Origin: Eledone cirrhosa
Taxonomy: Eukaryota
Reading direction: 5' to 3'
Length of the DNA stretch: 64,000 nt
Assembly (NCBI GenBank): GCA_964016885.1
Contig: OZ024745.1
Coordinates: forward strand, 97,278,001-97,342,000
This document shows, piece after piece, positions 51,416 through 64,000 of the stretch. The notes beneath the pieces were generated by a model. The model made no database searches and was not told where the DNA came from. It saw only the letters and a list, made by a program, of their open reading frames with translations. The stretch's first letter is position 1, and every line of letters starts with the position of its first letter. Made by a program: the position numbers and the translations under genes.

Positions 51416-54400
51416 TCAGGTCACCAGTTGGTGCTACTGGTAACATGTATCCCAGTACAACCTGTCTCATGGTCGGGTCGTTGGCGACTAAACTGGCAAC
51501 CCCACCAAGGTTTCTTGGTGAGTAGGGTGACTTTGGACATCCTGCAGGACTAAAAACAAAACCTGTCAAAGGGCAAAGGAGCTCTTAAGAGTAAATGGCC
51601 ATCCAAAATCACCGGGAGAGATGACCCCTTAGCCTTTGTCAAGGCAGAATTCTAGGAGACGGAAAACTCTGATATAACACCTGCAACCCTGATGGTATCC
51701 AATATTGTTGACTTGTTCTTCTTTTTGGTAAATATCATCTAGGTTAAGAGAGTGGGACTGGCTTTGTGCAGTGCCTTTGCTCACTATAAAAGCTTCACGG
51801 CACAGGTATTGCTTTATATCTGGAGATCTCTCTGCACTTGTCATCTTGATGTGGAACTCTGGCTGGCCGTAGCCTAAAAAGGCAAACTACATTACAATGA
51901 AGGTACCTAACACAATTGAAGTAAATAGCAATAAGGGCTCTGGATCAGCATCATGTGAAAGGGTCTGGCCCGTCAGGTGTCCCAGGGCGCCGCAGTCTGG
52001 TCCCGGTGGTCATCGGTCTACTGTGTGCAAACCACTCAATTTTGGGTGCTGGAATGTGCGTACTTTGCTTGATATTGAAACAAATGTACAGCGATCTGAA
52101 AGAAGATCGTCACTGGTTGCCAAGGAGCTCAGGCGTTCTGATATGGATGTTGTAGCCCTCTCAGAAACTCGACTTCATGGTGAGGGCCATTTCACAGAGA
52201 AATCCGGTGGATATACGTTTTTCTGGAGGGGAAGGAAGGAGGGGAGGAGGGAAGCTGGTGTCGCTTTTGCCATAAAAACAGTTATAACAGACCATCTTCA
52301 GGAGCTGCCGACAGGCGTTAGTGACAGACTGATCACTGTGAGAGTTCCTCTAGAGTGTGGAAGATATGCAATCGTGATTGGTGCTTATGCACCAACTATG
52401 GAATGTATTGATGAAGCAAAGCAGGCTTTTTATGACGAATTAAGGTCTCTTGTCTGGAAAGTGCCTGCAGCAGACAAAATTTTCATTCTTGGAGATTTTA
52501 ATGCTCACGTGGGCCGTGATTGTTTGACCTGGAGAGCTCTGGGCAAGCATGGGGTCGGAAAGCGCAATGGCAATGGACTCTTGTTATTGCAAATGTGCAC
52601 TGAGCTGGACTTGTTCATTGGCAGCACTATGTTCCAACAGAAGGACAAATACAAGACAACATGGATGCATCCTGGATCGAAACAGTGGCACCTGATTGAT
52701 TATGTCCTTGTGAGGCGGCGGGATGTACAGGATCTGTGCAGTGTTCGTGTGATGCGTGGGGCAGAGTGTTGGACCGACTATCGTCTGGTGAGAGCAAGGG
52801 CAAGATGTGTAGTTCGTAAAAGGGAGAAACGGCGAGGGGTATCACTTCCGAAACGGCTGAACGTTTCCCGTCTGAAGGATCCTGAAATCAGAGAAAATCT
52901 GGTTAAAAAGATGGATGCGTTAGAGTGCGGAAATGACTGGACTTCCTTTAAGGAAGCAGTTTAGGGGGCATGTGCTGATGTTGGATTCACGGATAAGAAG
53001 CATCAGGATTGGTTTGACCAAAATGACAAGCTTATAGACAAGCTTTTGGAGGAGAAACATATGCTCCACTCCGCATTGCTTGGTAGTGATTTAAGCACCG
53101 ACTGGCAGATGGCAATCGCTGATAATCTGAAGCTCGTAAAAGCTGATGTGCAACGAAAATTGCGTGAAATGAAGAATAAGTGGTGGAATGACAAAGCCGA
53201 TGAAATACAACTTGCGTCGGATGTGAAGGACGTTAAGGCAATGTATAATCTTCTTCGTGAAGTGTATGGACCACCTACATTACCAGTTGCGCCTCTTAGG
53301 ACAAAGGATGGCAATCAGCTCCTTAGCGATCCCAATGATATCCTGTTGAGATGACGGAAACACTTTGACGAGCTTCTCAATAGGGATTCAGAGGTTGACG
53401 CAGAGTTTATCAGGTCCATACCTGATAAGCCAGTAAAGGAAATCTTTGCTGAGCCTCCAACGATCGAGGAGGTTAAAAGTGCTGTCTGGAAACTCAATGG
53501 TGGGAAGTCGCCTGGATTGGATGGGCTGTATGCTGAGATCTTGAAGCACGGTGGAGAGAATCTCTTGCACCGACTTCATTCTTTGGTTCTGAATGCCTGG
53601 AAAAACAATCATGTTCCCGATGACTGGAAGGATGCTGTGATGGTTGTTTTGTACAAGGGAAAGGGAGACAGAGATAACTGCGGAAAATATCGTGGGATAT
53701 CACTGTTGTCTGTTGTCGGCAAAGTTCTCTGTAGAATTCTGTTGGACCGTTTGTTGCTCCACATTGCTGATGAAGCTCTACCAGAGTCGAAATCGGGCTT
53801 TCGGGCTGGGCGTGGCACTGTGGGCATGATCTTTACAGCCAGACAACTGCAAGAAAAGTGTGTTGATCAGAATGTGGATCTCTACCAGGTGTTTGTTGAT
53901 CTGACAAAGGCGTTTGACACGGTCAACAGAAAGGCTTTATGATTTATCTTGAGGAAGCTGGGGTGCACTGAGAAGTTTGTTTCCATTTTGCGTTTGTTTC
54001 ATGATGACATGAAGGCATGGGTAAACGTTGGTGGAAACCTCTCTGATCCGGTGACGGTCGAGAATGGAGTCGAACAGGGTGACATTCCAGCTCTAACGCT
54101 TTTTGCTTTGTACTTCTCCATTGTCTTCGAACAGGCCATCGGGAACTGCAATCATGTTCGCTATCATGTTCGCAACTGAAAAGCTGTTTAATATCAGGAG
54201 GTTCAATGCTAAGTCAAAGGTTCACTTGTCACTAATCAGGGATTTGCTTTATGCAGATGACTGTGACCCGGTAGCGCACACGGAGATTGATATGCAGCAT
54301 CTCATGGATGCATTTTCTAATGCGTGTACTGCATTGGGACTTACCATAAGCCTGAAAAAGACAGTAGCCATGTACCAACCAGCCCTTGGGAAGCCATGTT

Positions 54401-55487
54401 GTGAGCCCAACATCTTGGTTTATGGTGAAAGGCTAAGGGTCGTTGGCAGTTTTGTATATCTTGGAAGCACTCTGAGTATGTCCTGCGATCTTGATGGGGA
54501 AATATCAAACAGGATACAGAAAGCCAGTGATGCTTTTGGAAAACTGAACAAGCGTCTCTGGTCTCAACACGGAATTTCAGTAAAGAAAAAGCTCAAAGTG
54601 TATCATGCGTGTGTGCTCGCGGCACTTCTTTATGCTTGTGAGACGTGGGTGGTCTACCGTAGACAGATGAAGCGACTTGAGAGGTTCCACCAGTACTGCT
54701 TACGTCGGATCCTCGGCATAACTTGGCAAATGTTTGTCAGTGACGTCGAGGTTCTGGACAGAAGTGGCTGTGATAGTGTCGAGTCCTTGATTTTGAAACA
54801 TCAGCTGCGCTGGACAGGCCATCTTGTACGGATGAGTGACAAGCGAACGCCGAAGCAGCTGCTTTATGGCGAGCTCCAAATGGGAAAAAGGAACGCGAGC
54901 AAACCCAAGATGCGTTTTAAAGACTACATCAAGGAGGCGCTCAAGAAAAGTAACATCCCTTGTGAGCACTGGGAAGCATGCGCTAGCGACCGATCGCATT
55001 GGAGGAAAGCAGTGGCTAGTGGCAAGAGTCTATTTGAGGAAACAAGAAGAAGGTACGGGACACTAAAAAGAAATGTCCGGAAAGGAATCCATATTGGCCT
55101 TCCCGAAAGCACTGACAGACGGCCTGACCTGACATGTGAGACCTGTAATAGGGTTTGTCTGAGCATGGCAGGTCTAAAGAGTCACCTGAGAGTGCACAAG
55201 AACAGGGAAGCAGGCACCTGTAGAGCTATAAGTGTTCATCAGACGACGACATGTAATGTTTGTGGAAGGGTATGCAGGTCGAGTAGTGATCTCACACGAC
55301 ACCTTGGGTCACATGGTACCATGGGCCCAGCACTAGGTGTCAATAATTGTCACAAGTGTAGTGTTTGTACCAGAGTTTTCAAGTCGCTGGCTGGACTAAA
55401 AAGCCACACTCGTTCAGCGCATCGGTAGGCGTTCTCCTACATGGATATAAAGTAGTGGCCGTACTCGAAAACGAGTTGGCAGCCACT
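51416..55487 (+). mobile_element. Near-full-length RTE-clade LINE between (TATG)n tracts
   Basis: 5' UTR, single APE-RT ORF, short 3' UTR with an ACTCG-AAAA-CGAGT hairpin, then (TATG)n. Confidence 0.95.
51897..55428 (+). pseudogene. RTE ORF: APE endonuclease, reverse transcriptase and three C2H2 fingers; stops near 52962, 53352 and 53940 and a frameshift near 54160
   Basis: WNVRTL, VALSETR, AYAPT, LGDFNA, HLIDYV, GKSPGLDG, YRGISLLS, FVDLTKAFD, LLYADD, FVYLGS, LLYACETW, QLRWTGH. Confidence 0.95.
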
Positions 55488-55636
55488 ATGTATGTATGTA
55501 TGTGTGTATATATGTGTGTATGTATGTATGTGTGTATGTGTGCGTACGTATGTGTGAAACTCATTGTGAAACTATTATGGGCTATGCTTTTTGTGCTATT
55601 ATGTTTGTATGTATATGTAGACAGACAAGCAGACAT

Positions 55637-55681
<45 letters not shown>

Positions 55682-56892
55682 TTTTGATCCATTGTGCTAA
55701 ATGCATTTTATTCCATATTCCATCCCAAATTGCTTGGGTTTCGTTTCCCTAATGGCATATTTTTTTTATTGTAAATATCCCTGTAAATTATTTTCTTCCT
55801 AGATTTAACAAAACCTTCTTTTCCTGGAAGAAACACTTATGATTTTCTCAGCATCTGATCCTGCTTTTTCTAAGCATCTGATCCTGCTTTTACTTAGTTT
55901 TTTTTTTTTATTTTACTTTCAGAGAGTTTTCTTTTTTTTATCGATATTTTTATCGATATTAAAGTTTTGTTAGTTTGTTGTTTTTATTATTATTATTAGG
56001 ATCCTATATTCTTGTTTGATCCCTATTTTTCATTTCATAAGTAAAGGTTGGTCTTTCTTTTTTTCTTTTTCAATTCTATCTAGTATATTTGTTTCCACAT
56101 TTTAAAGTAGGAAAGGAAGATCTGACTATATTGGGATCCAGCCCAGTTTCCTTCCAAACTGCTATTGATACTGGATAGAGTAGATTCTTCAGTTTGTTGA
56201 TATTTTGGTAGTGTGTTTCTGCGAACAGAATGTCTTGTATGATTTTTCTACATTTATTTATTCTTCCATAAACCTGCTTATTCGTGTATCAGTTGAGTAG
56301 GTGTTTACGTTGTTACTTGCTCATAGATTTTATTATGTTCACTTTTGTTTTCTTTACACCTTCTCTTAGGTCCTTCACCATGTTAACTGGTTGATCTCGT
56401 ATGATATGATTTTTTATATTCTTTCTCTTACTAAGTGTTGTGTCAAAGGTACGCGTTTTTATGGCTGAGTTTTTGGTTGAATGTTTCTATGGCAGCTCCT
56501 AATGTCTTCATTATTATTTTGATTTTACTTGGTCTATGTTTTTTTATTTGCTACAGTACCTTGTATATATCTTATGTGAGGGGTACTCTAGTATTTTTTA
56601 TAGTATTTGTTATGCTTCTTTATTTATTTTGTGGAGCCTTATGTAGTTATTGTGTAGTGGATTCAGTTGTGAGTTTTCATTGGTTTATGGTAGGTTAACC
56701 TTTTTATGTCCTATCGATTATTTGTTTTTATTTATATTCAGTAGCTATTCTTTCTGGGAATTGTTCTGTGGACAGAATTGTTATTGCGTCGGTAGAGAAA
56801 TATTTTTCTCAGCTGTATACTTTCTGGGTTCAAATCCCACTAGAGTCAATGAAATAAAGTACCGACTACGTACTGGGATTGATGTTATCGAC

Positions 56893-57070
56893 TTATAGCT
56901 GTGATTGGGCAGCGAATGTTTGACAACCCATCTCGACTGGAAATAGCCTTGCCTGTCATCCTTTCTCCTTGCACTCATATAAATGGTATTGGTGTTTGGC
57001 ACTTTGCCATCCGAAAGCTTGGCTGCATTCTTCTTCCCACGGAACTATGGGTTACATTACGACGATCTTC
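56893..57070 (-). mobile_element. Second HERO-like endonuclease fragment, preceded by a SINE fragment (56810-56893)
   Basis: Near-identical to 50300-50478. Confidence 0.7.
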
Positions 57071-57351
57071 TTCGGCTTTTCGGGCGCATAATGGGAAAAT
57101 ACTCTAAAAGGAAGTTGCCCCTGAAATGGGAATACAAATGGAATAAAACAAGTTTCACGTAAATGGAAGCATGGGTTCCCGAGATATAGGGTTTCTGGAT
57201 ACCTTTATAAATAGAGAGAGAAGGATAGAAAGGAAGAGATAGTGGTTGTGAGAGAGTAGATTGAAAGAGAGACATAGAAAGAGGGAGAGGAGACAGAGAA
57301 GGAGAATGGAAGAGAGCTGGTGGTGTTGTTGTGTATATATATATATATACA

Positions 57352-57505
57352 CTAGAAGAGGAAGACCAAGGTTAATGTATTATATGCCCTAAGGACAGAC
57401 ACTGGTCTATTGGAGACGCAGGACATGGCAGCGATAATGAGGGACAGAGACCGCTGGAGAGAACTCGTCCATGGATCTCGGGAATTTTACCCGCCTTAGA
57501 ATAGA
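57352..57505 (+). mobile_element. Short 3' end of the RTE-group family seen at 32609-33135
   Basis: Matches 32980-33130. Confidence 0.8.
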
Positions 57506-57526
57506 ATAGAATATATATGTGTGTGT

Positions 57527-57564
<38 letters not shown>

Positions 57565-57576
57565 GTGTGTGTGTGT

Positions 57577-57639
<63 letters not shown>

Positions 57640-58033
57640 AATGTGTGTGTGTCTATGACCAGTATATATATATCACAGACACCCACATATATATATATAC
57701 ACATACACGTTCATATATATATATGTATACAAACACACATTTATGAATATATACATACACTTACGTATATATATATATATATATGGGCCTTCCAGTTTCA
57801 TTTCACATTATATACATGTCTGTGTATATTTTAATTATTTAGAAATTATTTTTAAGTGAACATGATCTTTTTTAAATATTTTGAAGTGAACGTGGCCCAA
57901 CGGGTCACGAGTTGTCTAGTTGTTTATTATAAATCTCCCTGCATGTGTTCGCATCGACATTCTTCATTTCGTTTTCATTTTCTCCATAACTCATACATTT
58001 TATTTATTATGCTTGTATGTGTTGAATATAGTG

Positions 58034-59170
58034 TTGGTGTGTAACAAGTATGTAACATCTTTATTTAGATATTATTTGGTGTGTAACAAGAATGTAACAT
58101 CTTTATTTAGATATTATTTGGTGTGTAACAAGAATGTAACATCTTTATTTAGATATTATTTGGTGTGTAATAAGAATGTAATATTTTTATTTAGATATTA
58201 TTTGGTGTGTAATAAGAATGTAATATTTTTATTTAGATATTATTTGGTGTGTAATAAGAATGTAATATTTTTATTTAGATATTATTTGGTGTGTAATAAG
58301 AATGTAATATTTTTATTTAGATATTATTTGGTGTGTAATAAGTATGTAACATCTTTATTTAGATATTATTTGGTGTGTAACAAGAATGTAACATCTTTAT
58401 TTAGATATTATTTGGTGTGTAATAAGAATGTAATATTTTTATTTAGATATTATTTGGTGTGTAATAAGTATGTAACATTTTTATTTAAATATTATTTGGT
58501 GTGTAATAAGAATGTAACATCTTTATTTAGATATTATTTGGTGTGTAATAAGAATGTAATATTTTTATTTAGATATTATTTGGTGTGTAATAAGAATGTA
58601 ATATTTTTATTTAGATATTATTTGGTGTGTAATAAGAATGTAATATTTTTATTTAGATATTATTTGGTGTGTAATAAGTATGTAACATCTTTATTTAGAT
58701 ATTATTTGGTGTGTAACAAGAATGTAACATCTTTATTTAGATATTATTTGGTGTGTAATAAGAATGTAATATTTTTATTTAGATATTATTTGGTGTGTAA
58801 TAAGAATGTAATATTTTTATTTAGATATTATTTGGTGTGTAATAAGAATGTAATATTTTTATTTAGATATTATTTGGTGTGTAATAAGAATGTAACATCT
58901 TTATTTAGATATTATTTGGTGTGTAATAAGAATCTAATATTTTTATTTAGATATTATTTGGTGTGTAATAAGAATGTAATATTTTTATTTAGATATTATT
59001 TGGTGTGTAATAAGAATGTAATATTTTTATTTAGATATTATTTGGTGTGTAACAAGAATGTAATATTTTTATTTAGATATTATTTGGTGTGTAATAAGAA
59101 TCTAATATTTTTATTTAGATATTATTTGGTGTGTAATAAGAATGTAATATTTTTATTTAGATATTATTTG
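58034..59170. repeat. 42-bp minisatellite, about 27 copies
   Basis: Unit TTTGGTGTGTAATAAGAATGTAATATTTTTATTTAGATATTA, period 42, no spacers. Confidence 0.97.
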
Positions 59171-59472
59171 TCCAACGCTTTATTTTAAATGTTTTTTCTT
59201 TTTCTTTTTTACTTTTTTGGGGGGAGTGTGTGTGTGTATGGGGGGGGGGGGCTGCAGTGGCATTAAAAGATGTGCCTCTTTGTTTCGGAGTTAACTATTT
59301 AAGAAGAGAGCATTCCAAAACACGTGTCACATTACTTTTGCATTGTGATCGCAATAAACTCACACTACCAAATTCATTATGTCATCTTATTCAGCCGATC
59401 ATGTTTTTCTTGCTGCTTGATTTATTCAAGGACATAGTTGATTTGTTTTGAAATGGCGTTGGATTTATTTGT

Positions 59473-59810
59473 GAAGGCGGATGGCTTAATGGTTAGAGCG
59501 TTGGGCTTGCAATTGAGAGGTTCTGAGTTCGATTCTCAGAACGGGTGATGCGCTGTATCCTTGAGCGAAACACTTTATTTCACGTTGTTCCAGTTCACTC
59601 AGCTGTAGAAATGAGTTGTGACGTCACTGGTGCCAAGCTGTATCGGCCATTGCCTTTCTCCTGGACAACATCGGTGGTGTGGAGAGGGGAGACTGGTATA
59701 CATAAGCGACTATTGGCTTTCCTCAAACAAACCTTTTCCCAGGCTTGTGCTTCGGGAGGGACACTTCCTAGGTGCATAACCATGGTCATCCGTGACCCAG
59801 TGGGGCCTTC
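59473..59810 (+). mobile_element. Full-length tRNA-derived SINE
   Basis: A-box TGGCTTAATGG, B-box GAGTTCGATTC, central TCCTTGAGCGAAACACTT motif; homologous to 43523-43813. Confidence 0.88.
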
Positions 59811-60339
59811 TTCATATAGTTTTGTTTAAATTTCGCCTCGCTTTGCTTTCTTCATATTAAACATTACTTTGTATTCAAAAGTTCATTCAGCTCTAATTTT
59901 GTTTCTCATACGTGCTCACCACATTTATGTTCTGTGGACAGAATTGTTGTGTCGTTAGAGAAATATTTCTCTCAGCTGTATATGTACATGTTACAAATTA
60001 TTTCAACAATATATTATGCGAGTAATAATCGCATATAATACATAGAATAAATATCAATTACATCTATTATTATTGATGACACTGTGACAAATAAAAGAAT
60101 TCATTATTATTATTGGTTTACACAATAAATATAATTACTAGATCTTTTGCTGTCAAGTCTCAACAAGGGCGTTAGACAGACAATAATTTCCTGATTATTA
60201 TTTTTATTAATATTATTAATAATATTATTATTTGAAAATTCCTTTAAAATCTGCTTCTTTACCATATTTTGTCGAGCGTCAACCTGACGCCTGAGGTAAG
60301 ATATAGCTGGAAAGTTATAGCTGGGATAATACAGTGATT

Positions 60340-61615
60340 CTGGTGTTATTAGAGAGTTATAGCTGAGGTAGACATCAATAACTGATACAGTTTTACTGAG
60401 ATTATTAGAGAGCTATACTAAAGTTAGTCATCAATAACTGATACAGTCTTACTGAGATTATTAGAGAGCTATACTAAAGTTAGTCATCAATAACTGATAC
60501 AGTTTTATTGAGGGTATTGGAGAGCTATACTAGAGATAGACATCAATAACCAATACAGTCTTACTGAGGGTATTGGAGAGCTATACTAGAGATAGACATC
60601 AATAACCAATACAGTCTTACTGAGGGTATTGGAGAGCTATACTAGAGATAGACATCAATAACCAATACAATCTTACTGAGGGTATTGGAGAGCTATACTA
60701 GAGATAGACATCAATAACCAATACAGTATTACTGAGGGTATTGGAGAGCTATACTAGAGATAGACATCAATAACCAATACAGTCTTACTGAGGGTATTGG
60801 AGAGCTATACTAGAGATAGACGTCAATAACCAATACAGTCTTACTGAGGGTATTGGAGAGCTATACTAGAGATAGACGTCAATAACCAATACAGTCTTAC
60901 TGAGGGTATTGGAGAGCTATACTAGAGATAGACATCAATAACCAATACAGTATTACTGAGGGTATTGGAGAGCTATACTAGAGATAGACATCAATAACCA
61001 ATACAGTCTTACTGAGGGTATTGGAGAGCTATACTAGAGATAGACATCAATAACCAATACAGTCTTACTGAGGGTATTGGAGAGCTATACTAGAGATAGA
61101 CATCAATAACCAATACAGTCTTACTGAGGGTATTGGAGAGCTATACTAGAGATAGACATCAATAACCAATACAGTCTTACTGAGGGTATTGGAGAGCTAT
61201 ACTAGAGATAGACATCAATAACCAATACAGTCTTACTGAGGGTATTGGAGAGCTATACTAGAGATAGGCATCAATAACTGATACAGTCTTACTGAGGATA
61301 TTGGAGAGCTATACTAGAGATATACATCAATAACTGATACAGTCTTACTGAGGTTATTGGAGAGCTATACTAAAGTTAGTCATCAATAACTGATACAGTC
61401 TTACTGAGGTTATTAAAGAGCTATACTAAAGTTAGTCATCAATAACTGATACAGTCATTCTGACGTTATTGGAGAGTTATACTAGAGCTAGTCATCAATA
61501 ACCAATACGGTTTTACTGAAGATATTAGAGAGTTACAGTGAATATAGTCATCAATAACTGATAAAGTCTTACTGAGGTTACTGGAGAGTTATAGTAGAGA
61601 GTCATGAATAACTGA
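60340..61615. repeat. 56-bp minisatellite, about 22 copies
   Basis: Unit ACTGAGGGTATTGGAGAGCTATACTAGAGATAGACATCAATAACCAATACAGTCTT; homogeneous centre, diverged edges. Confidence 0.97.
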
Positions 61616-61749
61616 CACTCATTTATTGTAACAATATGGCTCCCTGCCATGCAGGACATTACAGAAAAGAAATGTCTTGGGATTGACACAACCATAAAAC
61701 CATCGATCTTTTTATTTCCACCCATCCCCCACATCCCACTCCCTGTCAT

Positions 61750-62088
61750 CTTCTAGATGTCTAGATCCCAATCCCTCTCCCTCTCTCCCTCTCTCTCTTC
61801 CTCACTCTTTCACTCTGTCTGTCCCACACACCCTCTCTATCTTTTTCTCTCTTCATCTTTACGTCTATGCTTCTAGATATCTATATCCAAACCCCACTTC
61901 CCCCTCTCTCTTTCTCTCTCTCTCTCTCTCCCTCTCCCTCTCTCTCTCTCCTGTCTCCCCTGTCCCAGAGATACACTCTCTCCTTCTCTCACTCTATCTC
62001 TCTTCATCTCTATACTATGCTTGTAGATATCTAGATCCCAGTCTCTCTATTTCTCTCTTCATCTCTATGTCTATGCTTCTAGATATCC

Positions 62089-62158
<70 letters not shown>

Positions 62159-62360
62159 ATCTCTCTTCATCTCTACGTCTATACTTCTAGATATCTAGAT
62201 ACCAATCCCTCACATCTCTCTCTCTCCCACACACAAACACACACACTCTATCTCTCTCTATCTCTCTTCGTCTGTATGTCTATACGTCTAGATATCTAGA
62301 TAGCAGTCCCTTACTCTCTCTCTTTCTCTCTTGTCTCGCGTTCTCTCTTGTTAGATATAT
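61750..62360. repeat. CT-rich compound repeat with a recurring TCTAGATATCTAGA core
   Basis: Several degenerate units separated by (CT)n. Confidence 0.8.
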
Positions 62361-62399
62361 CTTTCCATCTTGTCCTTTCATGTCATTTTCTTTTTTTTT

Positions 62400-63181
62400 T
62401 TTGCTGTTGCTGTTGTTGTTATTGCTGGTGCTGTTGTTATTGCTGTTGATGCTGCTGTTGTTGTTGTTATTATTGCTGGTGCTGTTGTTATTGCTGTTGA
62501 TGCTGCTGCTGTTGTTGTTGTTGTTGTTATTGCTGTTGTTGCTGTTGTATTGTTTATTGCTGCTGTTGTTATTACTGCCGCTGCTGTTGTTATTGTTGTT
62601 GCTGTTGTTATTGCTGGTGCTGTTGTTGTTAGTGTTGATACTATCATTGCTGCAGTTGTTGTTGTTGTTGATGTCGTTGTTGCTGCTTTTGTTATTGCTG
62701 TTGTTACTGTTGCTGCTGTTTTTAGTGTGGCTACTTTTATTGTTGTTGCTGCTGTTGTTCTTGCTACTGCTGTGTACTGTTGTTGCTGTTGCTATTGCTG
62801 TTGCTACTGTTATTGTTGCTACTGTTATTGTTGCTGCTGCTTTTGTTGTTGCTACTGCTGTTCTTGCTTCTGAGCATTGCTGCTGTTGCTATTGCTGTTG
62901 CTACTGTTATTGTTGCTGCTGCTTTTGTTGTTGCTACTGCTGTTCTTGCTTCTGCGCATTGCTGCTGTTGCTATTGCTGTTGCTACTGTTATTGTTGTTA
63001 CTGTTATTGTTGCTGCTACTGTTGTTCTTGCTATTACTGTTTATTGTTGCTGCTGCTATTGTTGTTGCTACTGCTGTGTACTGTTGTTGCTGTTGCTATT
63101 GCTGTTGCTATTGATGTTGCTACTGTTATTGTTGCTGCTGCTTTTGTTGTTGCTGCTGTTGTTCTTGCTACTACTGTTTAA

Positions 63182-63215
<34 letters not shown>

Positions 63216-63399
63216 ATTGTTGTTGCTACTGCTGTGTACTGTTGTTGCTGTTGCTGTTGCTATTGTTATTGTTGCTGCTGCTTTTGTTGTTGCTACTGCT
63301 GTTCTTGCTTCTGCGCATTTCTGCTGTTGCTATTGCTGTTGCTACTGTTGTTGTTGTTGCAGTGGCTGTTTCTTCTGCTGTTGCCACTGCTGCTGCTGC

Positions 63400-63437
<38 letters not shown>
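62400..63437. repeat. (GTT)/(GCT)/(ATT) compound trinucleotide repeat
   Basis: Direct inspection; the poly-L/V/C ORFs are artefacts. Confidence 0.96.
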
Positions 63438-63867
63438 CCAGCTATGAATCATGCTGCACGTTTGTTAATTGCATACATCAACTATAACCTATTGGATGTA
63501 CCGATATTGACACTCCCCCCCCCCCACTCGCCACCACTCCACTTCTTACCGACAGACAAACAACACTACGCACGCATGCAAATATATACACACTGCCCCC
63601 ACCACCACAGTACTCACTTATATATACACAATACAAATACACATACGTACACATATGCAAATATATGCATAGTCCTCACTAGAGCACACACATACATAGA
63701 TATATATATATATATAAATATAAATATATATAAATATATATATATATATATAATTAAGCACATACAAGCACATGCATACACAGACACACAAGGACATGCA
63801 TGCACACACATGCACATACAATATATACATACATATATATATAAATAGTGAATATATGTATATATAG

Positions 63868-63945
<78 letters not shown>

Positions 63946-63946
63946 A

Positions 63947-63992
<46 letters not shown>

Positions 63993-64000
63993 ATATATGT

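Noticed and set aside
51415-51500. Canonical HDV-like ribozyme call
   Set aside because: Could not place P1/P3/L3 in the required order; kept only as an unclassified structured motif
59473-59545. tRNA gene
   Set aside because: A and B boxes are present, but the sequence continues into a SINE body without a proper acceptor stem or poly-T terminator
60500-61320. Hammerhead core in the 56-bp repeat (CTGAGGG...GAGA)
   Set aside because: Lacks a consistent CTGANGA and GAAA with correctly placed stems
58034-61615. CRISPR array interpretation of the 42-bp and 56-bp repeats
   Set aside because: Units are contiguous with no unique spacers, there are no cas genes, and the context is eukaryotic

Overview
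Eukaryotic, AT-rich, microsatellite-saturated DNA, most likely from a cephalopod such as octopus. That is an inference from the SINE families, the (TA)n/(TG)n/(GA)n density and a C2H2 zinc-finger remnant. There are no prokaryotic genes and no CRISPR array, and most entries in the ORF track are microsatellite artefacts. The real content is: one convincing host exon encoding a WD40 repeat (12402-12524, +), which suggests much of the window is intronic; decayed non-LTR retrotransposons of several clades (Tx1/L1-like, CR1-like, near-full-length RTE with three C-terminal C2H2 fingers, R4/Dong-like and HERO-like fragments); four Penelope-like elements of Naiad-type architecture (RT plus GIY-YIG); an internally deleted Helitron; hAT and Tc1/mariner-type MITEs; many tRNA-derived SINEs; and minisatellites. 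The main finding from reading the sequence is a dense set of about 15 type-I hammerhead ribozyme motifs from at least 9 unrelated sequence families between 6.9 and 37.9 kb. They sit in Penelope terminal repeats or in ORF-less palindromic or tandem cassettes, mostly inserted into (TA)n. One is a 590-bp tandem, retrozyme-like unit whose ribozyme carries the compensatory U3-A8 core (UUGAUAA). All ribozyme calls come from reading base pairing by eye, and none has been tested for activity.
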